Assembly (NCBI GenBank): GCA_947085205.1 | Contig: CAMTVO010000016.1 | Span: 1 to 38,443 of the forward strand | Direction: 5' to 3' | Source of the DNA: an uncultured Nitrospiraceae bacterium | GTDB lineage: Bacteria > Nitrospirota > Thermodesulfovibrionia > Thermodesulfovibrionales > Dissulfurispiraceae | Length of the DNA: 38,443 nucleotides | Part shown: positions 18,602 through 27,736 of the stretch, one piece after another | Numbering within the stretch: the stretch's first letter is position 1 | Layout: each line of letters opens with the position of its first letter | Notes under the pieces: generated by a model | The model's input: only the letters and a program-made list of their open reading frames with translations | What the model was told of the DNA's origin: nothing | Database searches by the model: none | Position numbers and translations under genes: made by a program

Positions 18602-19255
18602 ATGATAGACTTGCATACACACAGCATATTCAGCGACGGAGAGCTTATACCTGCAGAGCTTGCAAGAAGGGCTTCTGCAATGGGATATGAGGCCATTGCC
18701 ATTACAGACCACATGGACCAATCAAACATCGACCTGATAATTCCGAGAATTGTTAAAGCAGTGGATGCACTAAAAAATCATGTCTCTATCGAGATAATTC
18801 CTGGGGCAGAAATAACCCATGTTCCTCCGTCATTGATACATGGCATGATAAAGGAAGCGAGAAAGCTCGGCGCAAAGATTGTGGTTGTCCATGGAGAGAC
18901 CATTGTAGAGCCTGTGGTAGAAGGCACAAACAGGGCTGCCATTGAGGCGGGCGCTGATATCCTTGCACATCCTGGACTTATTTCATATGACGACCTTCTG
19001 TTTGCAAAGGAAAAGGGAATCGCCCTTGAGATAACCGCAAGGAAAGGACACAGCCTTTCCAACGGCCATGTGGCAAAATGGGCATTGAATTTAGGCATTC
19101 CTTTGACAGTAAATACCGATGCCCATTCGCCGTCAGACCTTATTACAATGGATTTTGCACGGCGGATACTCCTTTCTGCCGGTATTGAAGATAAAAAGAT
19201 AGACCCCATATTCCAGCACGCAAGGAAGCTTGTGGCAAAGGCTATAACAAAATGA
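18602..19255 (+). CDS. PHP-family phosphoesterase (histidinol-phosphatase-like domain)
   Basis: MIDLHTHS, SDG, AITDH, HPG and NTDAH metal-binding motifs. Confidence 0.9.
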   Translation: MIDLHTHSIFSDGELIPAELARRASAMGYEAIAITDHMDQSNIDLIIPRIVKAVDALKNHVSIEIIPGAEITHVPPSLIHGMIKEARKLGAKIVVVHGETIVEPVVEGTNRAAIEAGADILAHPGLISYDDLLFAKEKGIALEITARKGHSLSNGHVAKWALNLGIPLTVNTDAHSPSDLITMDFARRILLSAGIEDKKIDPIFQHARKLVAKAITK

Positions 19256-19325
19256 AGATGGAACAATCATGAGCTATCGCTCACAAAGAGGCATGAAAAT
19301 AACATGGCAGGAAGGAGGTAAATAG

Positions 19326-20009
19326 ATGCCAAAGGCGATAAAAAAACGTTTTGAGAAAAAGGCCGGTTCTGAGGAAGACATCAGAGAGACTATTGTGGAT
19401 ATAAGGCAGAGACTCAAAGAAAGGCAGCGTACACTTGTTTATTATGTTGGCATTTTCATTGTTTTGACGATATCCATTGTTGCCTTTACTGTATATAAAA
19501 AGACCTCGACAGCCAAGGCTCTCGAACTGGAGCTTGAAGGCCAAAAATTATTCTACGGAGATTATCAAGCGCAGCTTATTCCAGCGGCAGAAAGATACCG
19601 GAAGGCCCTTGAGATGTTTAAAAAGTCCTATGCGGCAAAAAAGAGGGCGGATGTTCTGCTGTATATCGCAAACTGCCATTATGAATTGGGGAATTACGAC
19701 GAAGCAATTAAGACCCTTAAAGACCTTAGCTCTCAATTCTCAGACCCCAAAATCATTTCTTTGGCTTATTACAAGATGGCCATGTCATACATGAAAAAAG
19801 GCGACATGGATAATACGCTTACGTCGCTGAAAAATATTCTCAGCGTTAAGGACAGCGCCCTTCAAGACATGGCATTGCTCGAAAGCGGCAAGATTCTGGA
19901 GCTGTCAGGAAAGACAGAGGACGCAAAAAATAAATATAGAGAGCTTATAAATAAATTCCCGAAATCGGCTTTCCTGAACGAGGCAAAAGCAAGACTTGGA
20001 GAGAAGTAG
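19326..20009 (+). CDS. Membrane-anchored TPR protein (YfgM-like)
   Basis: One N-terminal TM helix followed by TPR helices; RBS AGGAGG. Confidence 0.8.
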   Translation: MPKAIKKRFEKKAGSEEDIRETIVDIRQRLKERQRTLVYYVGIFIVLTISIVAFTVYKKTSTAKALELELEGQKLFYGDYQAQLIPAAERYRKALEMFKKSYAAKKRADVLLYIANCHYELGNYDEAIKTLKDLSSQFSDPKIISLAYYKMAMSYMKKGDMDNTLTSLKNILSVKDSALQDMALLESGKILELSGKTEDAKNKYRELINKFPKSAFLNEAKARLGEK

Positions 20010-20015
20010 TACATA

Positions 20016-20999
20016 TTGCATGGAGGATCATCGGCACTTTTGAACTTCTGGCTTTTGCTCTATCTACATAGAATTATTTTATTAGTGTTCTTGATTCTAT
20101 CATTTTTGATTCCATCGATTTCAGAGGCGTTTAAAATGGATGACATAAAATCAAATCTCATGGCGACAGTCAAATATCTTTCTCAGGATATAGGGCAGAG
20201 GAGTTATCTTGATGTTGATAAGCTCAACAGGGCTGCCGATTATATCGAGAAGAAGTTCCGCTCTTACGGCTGTGAGCTAAAAAGGCAGCCTTTCAATTAC
20301 CAGGGCAATACTTATTACAACATAATCTGTGAAATAAAAGGCACAGAGGCACGGGATGATGGAATACTTGTAGTCGGAGCGCATTATGATACTGTCGTAG
20401 GCACGCCTGGCGCTGATGATAATGCAAGCGGAGTTGCAGGCCTTCTCGAACTGACACGGCTCGCTGCATTAAATCCTTTTCAAAGGACAGTCCGCTTTGC
20501 TGCATTCAGTCTTGAAGAGCCTCCGATATTTATGACGAAAAACATGGGAAGCTATATCTATGCAAAGAGTCTTAGGAATGAAGACGTGAAGGTCTATGGT
20601 ATGATCTCCCTCGAAATGCTCGGATATTATTCTGAGCGCAAGGGCTCTCAGTATTATCCTTTCCCATTTTTCAAATGGTTTTATCCGGACAAGGGCAATT
20701 TTATTGCCTTTGTAGGAAACATATCGTCAAGGTCATTTACAATAAGGGTCAAAAAACTATTTAAGTCAGTATCATCCCTGCCTGTAGAATCCCTCAATGC
20801 TTTTTCAATTGTTCCTGGAGTAAATTTCTCAGACCACCTCAATTTCTGGGAATTCGGCTATCCTGCATTCATGATAACTGATACTGCATTTTACAGAAAT
20901 CCGAATTATCATGCACTAGGAGATATTCCTGAGACGCTTGATTACGATAGAATGGCTGAACTTGTATCAGGATTGTACAGGGCTTTAAGCAAGTTCTGA
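20016..20999 (+). CDS. M28 family metallopeptidase (start uncertain)
   Basis: GAHYD, PGADDNASG, EEPP, SDH and YH. Confidence 0.9.
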   Translation: MHGGSSALLNFWLLLYLHRIILLVFLILSFLIPSISEAFKMDDIKSNLMATVKYLSQDIGQRSYLDVDKLNRAADYIEKKFRSYGCELKRQPFNYQGNTYYNIICEIKGTEARDDGILVVGAHYDTVVGTPGADDNASGVAGLLELTRLAALNPFQRTVRFAAFSLEEPPIFMTKNMGSYIYAKSLRNEDVKVYGMISLEMLGYYSERKGSQYYPFPFFKWFYPDKGNFIAFVGNISSRSFTIRVKKLFKSVSSLPVESLNAFSIVPGVNFSDHLNFWEFGYPAFMITDTAFYRNPNYHALGDIPETLDYDRMAELVSGLYRALSKF

Positions 21000-21015
21000 C
21001 CTATATTATCCAGCT

Positions 21016-21786
21016 TTAAAACAGCCGATTATTATCGTTCAATATCTCCCTTGTCAGTGCGATATAGCCCTGAGCGCCTGATGAGTTAGGTGCATAAAGA
21101 ACTGCTGGCTTGCCGTGGCTTGGAGATTCGGCAAGGATAACATTCCTCGGTATCACAGTATCGTAGACCTTTGATTTGAATATCCTCCTCACATCTTCAG
21201 ATATTTGTCTGGATAGCGCAAGGTGTCTGTTGTACATGGTAAGCAGTATTCCTTCCATGTCGAGGAATTCGTTAAAACCTCCGCGTATCCTCCAGAGGAG
21301 TTTTATAAGAAGGCTCAGCCCCTCCATTGCAAAATATTCGCACTGGACAGGAACCAAAACAGATTCGGCTGCCACGAGGGCGTTGAGTGTAAGAATGCCG
21401 AATGACGGCGGGCAATCAATGAATATATATCTGAACCTGCCTTTAAAAGGCTTTAAAAGGGTCTTTAGGGTGTTCTCCCTCCCAGGCCTTTCGAGCATCT
21501 CTATCTCTGCTGCAAACAGATCCATCGAGGTAGGCAGGATATAGAGGTTTGGGATAAGGGTCTGCTGCATTGCCTCCTCCATAGAAATCTTACCGCTGTA
21601 AACCTCATAGAGGCCTGTCTTTGCTATGTTTTTAATGCCTAATCCGCTTGTGAGATTGCCCTGCGGGTCTGAGTCTATTACAAGAATGTCTTCATTTGCA
21701 AGGGCAAGGGAGGCAGAAAGATTGAGGGCTGTTGTTGTCTTGCCGACCCCGCCCTTCTGATTCGTTATAGCGATTATTTTGCCCAT
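21016..21786 (-). CDS. parA: ParA/Soj family ATPase
   Basis: NQKGGVGKTT, DSDPQGN, IDCPPS, PVQCEYFA and IPRNV. Confidence 0.9.
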   Translation of the reverse strand: MGKIIAITNQKGGVGKTTTALNLSASLALANEDILVIDSDPQGNLTSGLGIKNIAKTGLYEVYSGKISMEEAMQQTLIPNLYILPTSMDLFAAEIEMLERPGRENTLKTLLKPFKGRFRYIFIDCPPSFGILTLNALVAAESVLVPVQCEYFAMEGLSLLIKLLWRIRGGFNEFLDMEGILLTMYNRHLALSRQISEDVRRIFKSKVYDTVIPRNVILAESPSHGKPAVLYAPNSSGAQGYIALTREILNDNNRLF

Positions 21787-21820
21787 TTCATTAACCGGAA
21801 AAATCTAACTGCCGATCAAG

Positions 21821-21980
21821 TATGACAGGTATGCATACGGTAAAAAGATTTACAAGCACCACCATTGTGAGACATTTATATACTATAAAACAATCGTTCT
21901 TTAGTGGATAAAGGACTGCATGTCTGTTTAAACCGAATCGTGCATTTGGAAAGCTTTTTACCGTATGCATACCTGTCGTA
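21821..21980. repeat. 27-bp inverted repeat pair enclosing 106 bp
   Basis: TATGACAGGTATGCATACGGTAAAAAG (21821-21847) versus CTTTTTACCGTATGCATACCTGTCGTA (21954-21980); 26 of 27 bases complementary. Confidence 0.9.
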
Positions 21981-21992
21981 AGTGCAATAACT

Positions 21993-23525
21993 CTAAGCAT
22001 TTTCCTCAAGATTATGTTTTTTCATCTTATACCCTATCTGCCTCGGCGTGATACCGAGCAGTCTTGCCGCCTTTGCCTGAACCCATCCGGTCTTATGCAG
22101 GGCGTCGAGGATTTTTGTCTTTTCGATATCCTCTATTGCCGAAGGAAGGGCATCCTTTATCTGGACTGTATATCTCGCCTTCATGGACTGCTCCCTTATA
22201 TTCAGCGGCAGGTCTGATGGTGTTATGTTTTTCACTGCTGCCATAACTACAAGCCTTTCTATAGTGTTTTCGAGTTCCCTCACATTTCCGGGCCAGTCGT
22301 AATTTAAGAATATATTCAAGACCTCGGGAGTAATCCTTACAGACCTCTGATTTTCTTCGTTATATTTCTTCAGGAAGTGTTCGACAAGAATGGGAATGTC
22401 TTCTTTTCTTTCACGAAGAGATGGTAAAAATATAGGAACAACATTAAGGCGGTAATACAGGTCTTCCCTGAACTTGCTGCCGGAAACAAGTTCCTCGATG
22501 TTTCTGCTCGTCGCGGCAATAAGCCTGACATCAACCTTTATGGTCTTTTCTCCGCCGACTCTTTCAAATTCCTTCTCCTGTAGGACTCTCAATATCTTTG
22601 GCTGTAGCGTTAAAGGCAGGTCGCCGATTTCATCAAGGAATATAGTCCCTCCGTTGGCAAGCTCGAACCTTCCCTTTCTCATTGCAGTTGCGCCAGTGAA
22701 TGAACCCTTTTCATGTCCGAAGAGCTCGGATTCAAGAAGTCCCTCAGGAATTGATGCACAGTTGAATTTTATAAACGGCCCCTTTGCCCTCTGGCTCATG
22801 TAATGAATTGCCTTTGCAACAAGCTCCTTACCTGTCCCGCTTTCGCCGCGCAACAGCACATTGGCCTTTGACGGCGCAACACGGTGGATGGATTCAAAAA
22901 TCTCCTGCATCCTGTCCGACTGACCTATGATGTTCTCTACCCTGTATTTTCCTTTTAGCTGCTGCTTGAGATTTTCCTTCTCCTCAAGGAATGCCTCTCT
23001 CTCCTTTTCTATCTCCTGATGGAGTTTCACGGATTGGGCAACGAGAGAGGCAATAATTTTCAGAAGCCGCAGGTCTTCTTCGAACGATATGCCTTTGGAG
23101 CCGAAAAGCCTGTCGACGCTCAATACGCCGAGGATTTCGTTTTTGAATTTTATGGGAACACAGAGAAACGCTATATTCTCTTTTTTTATCATTCCTCGGG
23201 AGCCTGTCTTGTTCAGGAATAGAGGTTCTTCGCCGATGTTCGGAATGACAATGGGAGAGCCGTGTTTTGCGACCCTTCCAATGATACCTTCGCCGAGCCC
23301 GTATCTTCCCCTCTTTATCTCTTCTTCGGACATGCCGTGTGCTGCGATGATTGATACCTCGCTATCGCTCCTAAGCGCAACAGTTCCCCTCTTCATGTCA
23401 AGGTATTCGGACAAGACGTGCATTACGCCTCTGAGATTGGATTTAATGCTGAGGGACGAGCCCAAGAGTTTGCTTATCTCGTAAAGGGCGGTCATCTCTA
23501 CTGTTTTATTGTAATTGTGGCTCAT
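21993..23525 (-). CDS. NifA-like GAF-AAA+-HTH sigma54 activator
   Basis: GAF domain (EPLFLNKTGSR), GESGTGKE, ESELFGHEKGSFTGA and HTH GWVQAKAARLLGITPRQIGY. Confidence 0.85.
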   Translation of the reverse strand: MSHNYNKTVEMTALYEISKLLGSSLSIKSNLRGVMHVLSEYLDMKRGTVALRSDSEVSIIAAHGMSEEEIKRGRYGLGEGIIGRVAKHGSPIVIPNIGEEPLFLNKTGSRGMIKKENIAFLCVPIKFKNEILGVLSVDRLFGSKGISFEEDLRLLKIIASLVAQSVKLHQEIEKEREAFLEEKENLKQQLKGKYRVENIIGQSDRMQEIFESIHRVAPSKANVLLRGESGTGKELVAKAIHYMSQRAKGPFIKFNCASIPEGLLESELFGHEKGSFTGATAMRKGRFELANGGTIFLDEIGDLPLTLQPKILRVLQEKEFERVGGEKTIKVDVRLIAATSRNIEELVSGSKFREDLYYRLNVVPIFLPSLRERKEDIPILVEHFLKKYNEENQRSVRITPEVLNIFLNYDWPGNVRELENTIERLVVMAAVKNITPSDLPLNIREQSMKARYTVQIKDALPSAIEDIEKTKILDALHKTGWVQAKAARLLGITPRQIGYKMKKHNLEENA

Positions 23526-23620
23526 GGAATTAAGTTTAATGAAGACGCTACAAAAATGTAAAGTCATTAACTTTATTGTAGTATTCCATGAATGCGAATT
23601 TTCTGTGATATAGTTTAAGT

Positions 23621-24463
23621 ATGTATAAGAAAGTCCTGTCGGCAGTTAACGAACACCTCAATTCGGAAATAGCCGCACGATACGCACTGAATCTCGCAAA
23701 AACCTGCGGAGCCAAGTTCTATATCTGTTTTATTGCTGAGAAGAATATCCTGAAACACAGCTTTGACAAGGCCGAGGAAGCGATGAGGAGGCTGTTTATA
23801 GAAGCGGAAAAAATGAATGTTCGGGTAGAAAGCATTGCAGAGACAGGAGAACCTGTAAAGGAAATCGAAAAAATTGTAAGACATGAAGGAATAGATATTG
23901 TCTTTGCATCCACAAGGAGGGAAGATGTCCAAAAGAGATTCTATGCGGGTACTGTTGCAAGAAGCCTTTCCTTGAAACTGCCATGTTCCGTTGCCCTTGT
24001 AAGAGTCGTCCATGCGGGAAAAATCCATCCGAAAAAAATACTCGCTCCTGTTAAGGCAATGATAGACCATATAAAAGAGCGGGCGTATTTCACCGCAAGG
24101 ATGGCAGAGAGCTTTTATTCAAAGATCTTTATTTTCCATGCAACGAAACCTATAACAAAGTTCTTTCACGGCGAGATACATCTTACACCTGCACAGTGGG
24201 AAAGCAGGTTGCCGAAAGACATAAAGGAGTTCATGGAACACCTCATGAAATATGAAATTGTTCACGAAGGCAGGCTTGCACCGGGCATAACGGCACGGAG
24301 TATAACTATCGAGGCTGCTTCAAAGAGGCATGACCTCATTATAATGGGCGCCAGCGAGAGGAGTATGCTGTCGTCTATACTGAAAGGCAATCCCGTAGAG
24401 GATGTGCTCAGGGAAACGCCTTGCGATTTGATAATCCTGAAACCGAGGCATGAGAATAAATAA
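23621..24463 (+). CDS. Tandem universal stress protein
   Basis: Two USP domains; DLIIMGAS and GNPVEDVLRETPCDLIILK. Confidence 0.85.
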   Translation: MYKKVLSAVNEHLNSEIAARYALNLAKTCGAKFYICFIAEKNILKHSFDKAEEAMRRLFIEAEKMNVRVESIAETGEPVKEIEKIVRHEGIDIVFASTRREDVQKRFYAGTVARSLSLKLPCSVALVRVVHAGKIHPKKILAPVKAMIDHIKERAYFTARMAESFYSKIFIFHATKPITKFFHGEIHLTPAQWESRLPKDIKEFMEHLMKYEIVHEGRLAPGITARSITIEAASKRHDLIIMGASERSMLSSILKGNPVEDVLRETPCDLIILKPRHENK

Positions 24464-27095
24464 TCTTACAAGAGAAGAAGTCCTTCAAAGGCTTGTTACA
24501 TCAGAGACCGGCCTTACAGAAGAAGAGTCAAAAAAGCGTTTTTCTGAATTCGGGCCGAATGAAATCAAAGAGGCAAAAAAGACACCTCTAACCATAAGAT
24601 TCCTCAAGCAGTTCACCCATTTCCTCGCCATACTCCTCTGGATAGGCGCGGGGCTCGCCATTTTGTCCGAATACCTGCATCCCGGCGAAGGCATGCTCGC
24701 TCTGGGACTTGCAATAATCGGCGTGATAGTCGTTAATGCTGTATTCACATTCGTTCAAGAGTACAGGGCTGAAAAATCCATAGAAAAATTAAAGCTCCTC
24801 CTTCCCTTTTATGTAAAGGTCATAAGAGGCGGAAAAGAAATGGAGATACCTGTAAAGGAATTAGTGCCGGGTGATTTGATAATACTTTCAGAAGGAGACA
24901 AAATACCGGCTGACTCAAGACTCATAGATGCAACTTATCTCATGGTTAATAATGCACCGCTTACAGGCGAATCAGAACCGGTACCTTTACAGCATGAGCC
25001 ATGCGAAGGAGAACTCATCGAAAGCAGGAACATCGCTTTTGCAGGGACTACTGTTGTAAGCGGCTCAGGAGAGGCCGTAGTCTTTGCCACAGGCATGAGG
25101 ACGGAGTTTGGACGCATAGCCCACCTGACAAGCGCTGTGGAAGCAGGCTTGAGCCCTCTGCAGAAAGAAATCGTTAAAGTTACGAGGATTATAGCTTTTC
25201 TGTCAACAATTATGGGCATTCTTTTTTTTGCGATTGGTCATTTTATTGGGAGAAGCTTCTGGGAAAATTTCATATTTGCCATAGGCATAATAGTTGCAAG
25301 TGTTCCCGAAGGATTGCTCCCGACCGTCACACTCTCTCTCGCAATGGGAAGCCAGCGGATGGCTAAAAAAAAGGCATTGATAAAGACGCTCACATCAGTC
25401 GAAACCCTCGGTTCCGTGACAGTTATATGCACGGATAAGACAGGCACCCTCACCCAGAACAAAATGGAAGTAAAGCAGGTATGGACAGCCGACAACCACC
25501 AATCGACACTTGATATATTAATGAAAACAGCCTATTTCTGCAATAATGCAAAGCTCATCGACGGTCAATACAAAGGAGACCCTACAGAAACAGCATTATT
25601 AAAATATGCGATGGAAAATATCGGAGAAGTAAAGGCAGCGCGAATATCGGAGATACCCTTTGATTCTGAGAGAAAGAGAATGACCACAATACATAAGTCA
25701 GGAGTCAAGGGTCAAGAGTCAGGAGAAAAATTTATTTATACTGCTTTTACAAAAGGTGCATTAGAAAGCGTGCTGCCGTTATGCGGTCATCTATTGATAA
25801 ACGGGCAAAAGAAACCCATAGATGAGACCTGTAAGAATGATATCATAAATGCTTATCATTCATTGATGGACATGGGGCTCAGAGTTCTCTCACTTGCTTA
25901 TTCTGAATTTCAGGATCAAGATCCCGAACCCGAAAAAAATATGACCTTCGTTGGATTAATAGGAATAGAAGACCCCCCAAGGCCTGAAGTGTATGGGGCA
26001 TTAAGAAAATGTCATGAGGCAGGAATAAAGGTAATCATGATTACAGGAGACGGGAGCAGGACTGCGGTTGCCATTGCAAGGGAGATAGACCTAATTAAAG
26101 CCAATCCTGTTGTAGTTGAAGGCCACGAATTTGAGAGGATGAGCGACAGAGATCTGAGAGAAAAGTTATCCTCACGGGAAATAATATTTGCAAGGATGAC
26201 GCCTAAACATAAAATGAGGGTGGTCTCAATCCTTAAAGAAGAGGGAGAAAGGGTTGCGGTAACAGGCGACGGGGTAAATGATGCACCGGCGCTGAAGAAA
26301 GCCGATATCGGTATAGCAATGGGTATTACAGGAACAGATGTCGCAAAAGAGGCAGCAGATATGATTCTACTGGATGATAATTTTGCGACACTCGTAAATG
26401 CAATCGAGGAAGGAAGGGCAGTTTACGAAAACATCAGAAAATTCATAAGTTACATATTCTCATCTAATATCCCTGAAATTGTCCCTTATCTCTCTTTTGT
26501 GCTTTTGAATATTCCTCTGCCGCTCACAATCATTCAGATACTGGCCGTTGACTTAGGAACAGACATGCTCCCTGCACTTGCACTGGGAGCGGAAAAACCT
26601 ACAAAGGATCTCATGAAACAGCCGCCGAGAGACCCAAAGGAGAGGCTTCTTAATTTCAAACTCCTGAGCCGGGCATATTTATTTTTAGGCCCAATCGAGG
26701 CAGCGGCAGGACTTTTCGGATTCTTCTATGTTTTAAACGCAGGCGAGTGGCAGTGGGGAGAGATGCTTCAACCAAACAATCTGCTTTACATGCAGGCAAC
26801 AACAGCCTGCCTTACAGCCATAATTGTTACTCAGGTTGCCAATGTATTTGCATGCCGCTCGTTCAGGGAGTCTGTATTCAGCATTGGTTTCTTCTCGAAT
26901 AAACTGATATTTATCGGCATAGCATTTGAAATTGCTTTACAGTTATTTATTGTTTATCACCCGTGGGGAAACAAGATTTTTTCGACTTCTCCGATATCTT
27001 TGAATGTATGGCTTGCGCTAATACCGTTTGCATTTATTCTTTTTTCCTCAGAAGAAATAAGGAAGTTCATAGCGAGGTCTTTTGGTGGACGGTAG
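24450..27095 (+). CDS. P-type cation-transporting ATPase (P2, Na+/K+-ATPase-like)
   Basis: TGES, PEGL, DKTGTLT, KGA, GDGVNDAPAL, SNIPEI and DLGTD. Confidence 0.95.
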   Translation: MRINNLTREEVLQRLVTSETGLTEEESKKRFSEFGPNEIKEAKKTPLTIRFLKQFTHFLAILLWIGAGLAILSEYLHPGEGMLALGLAIIGVIVVNAVFTFVQEYRAEKSIEKLKLLLPFYVKVIRGGKEMEIPVKELVPGDLIILSEGDKIPADSRLIDATYLMVNNAPLTGESEPVPLQHEPCEGELIESRNIAFAGTTVVSGSGEAVVFATGMRTEFGRIAHLTSAVEAGLSPLQKEIVKVTRIIAFLSTIMGILFFAIGHFIGRSFWENFIFAIGIIVASVPEGLLPTVTLSLAMGSQRMAKKKALIKTLTSVETLGSVTVICTDKTGTLTQNKMEVKQVWTADNHQSTLDILMKTAYFCNNAKLIDGQYKGDPTETALLKYAMENIGEVKAARISEIPFDSERKRMTTIHKSGVKGQESGEKFIYTAFTKGALESVLPLCGHLLINGQKKPIDETCKNDIINAYHSLMDMGLRVLSLAYSEFQDQDPEPEKNMTFVGLIGIEDPPRPEVYGALRKCHEAGIKVIMITGDGSRTAVAIAREIDLIKANPVVVEGHEFERMSDRDLREKLSSREIIFARMTPKHKMRVVSILKEEGERVAVTGDGVNDAPALKKADIGIAMGITGTDVAKEAADMILLDDNFATLVNAIEEGRAVYENIRKFISYIFSSNIPEIVPYLSFVLLNIPLPLTIIQILAVDLGTDMLPALALGAEKPTKDLMKQPPRDPKERLLNFKLLSRAYLFLGPIEAAAGLFGFFYVLNAGEWQWGEMLQPNNLLYMQATTACLTAIIVTQVANVFACRSFRESVFSIGFFSNKLIFIGIAFEIALQLFIVYHPWGNKIFSTSPISLNVWLALIPFAFILFSSEEIRKFIARSFGGR

Positions 27096-27158
27096 GGGAG
27101 TCGAACCCCCGGCCTCCAGAGTGCGATTCTGGCGCTCTCCCAACTGAGCTAACCGCCC
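27083..27158 (-). tRNA. tRNA-Ala(CGC)
   Basis: GGGCGGTTAGCTCAGTTGGGAGAGCGCCAGAATCGCACTCTGGAGGCCGGGGGTTCGACTCCCCTACCGTCCACCA; 76 nt, CGC anticodon, G3:U70 pair and encoded CCA. Confidence 0.97.
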
Positions 27159-27727
27159 TTTTTCTGTGAACAGTGAATAGTGAATAGTGAACTGACACTC
27201 TTTCTGAGTCTGACGAATCTCGTGAACGAGCCGTCACGCTCTACTTCTTTTTCAAAACCGCTACCTTCAAACATCTTTACAGTTTTCTGCATTGCAGATT
27301 TGTTAACCTCTATCGTCGGCTCGTATATAGAGAGCATGCCGCCTGCCTTTATCGCCCTGGCAATATTTTTAGCTGCATCAGTCTGATTGCTGATTTCGTG
27401 AAAGCTGTAATACATTATACCGACATCCGCAAGCCCAACCCCAATATCACAGGCAGCAATATCGCACAACATTATATTTACTCTGTCGCCAAATCTCTTC
27501 GTCCTCGTTTTTAATTTCCTGACCATGCCGGGCTGAAGCTCATTGGCATACACCTTTTTTGCCCTTTGAGCAACGGCCTCTGTTATAAATCCATTCCCGG
27601 CTCCGATTTCAAGCACTATAGAAGACTCTGTTATCCCCGATTCGTCCAGCACCCTTTTTCTGTCTGTTAATGCCTTTCTTATCGGGTTGTATAAGATGAA
27701 TGAAAGATACGATGGACATATCTTCAT
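27149..27727 (-). CDS. Class I SAM-dependent methyltransferase
   Basis: VLEIGAGNG motif I, FHEI and GGMLSIYE. Confidence 0.85.
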   Translation of the reverse strand: MKICPSYLSFILYNPIRKALTDRKRVLDESGITESSIVLEIGAGNGFITEAVAQRAKKVYANELQPGMVRKLKTRTKRFGDRVNIMLCDIAACDIGVGLADVGIMYYSFHEISNQTDAAKNIARAIKAGGMLSIYEPTIEVNKSAMQKTVKMFEGSGFEKEVERDGSFTRFVRLRKSVSSLFTIHCSQKKGG

Positions 27728-27736
27728 AAATATTTC

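Noticed and set aside
21903..21911. Replication origin from a DnaA-box-like site near parA
   Set aside because: A single imperfect box, with no box cluster, dnaA, parB or parS consensus.
21791..22009. 72-aa ORF across the inverted repeat
   Set aside because: No RBS or motif; explained by the repeat element.
23621..27158. Genomic island integrated at tRNA-Ala
   Set aside because: No integrase and no duplicated tRNA 3' end seen in the window.
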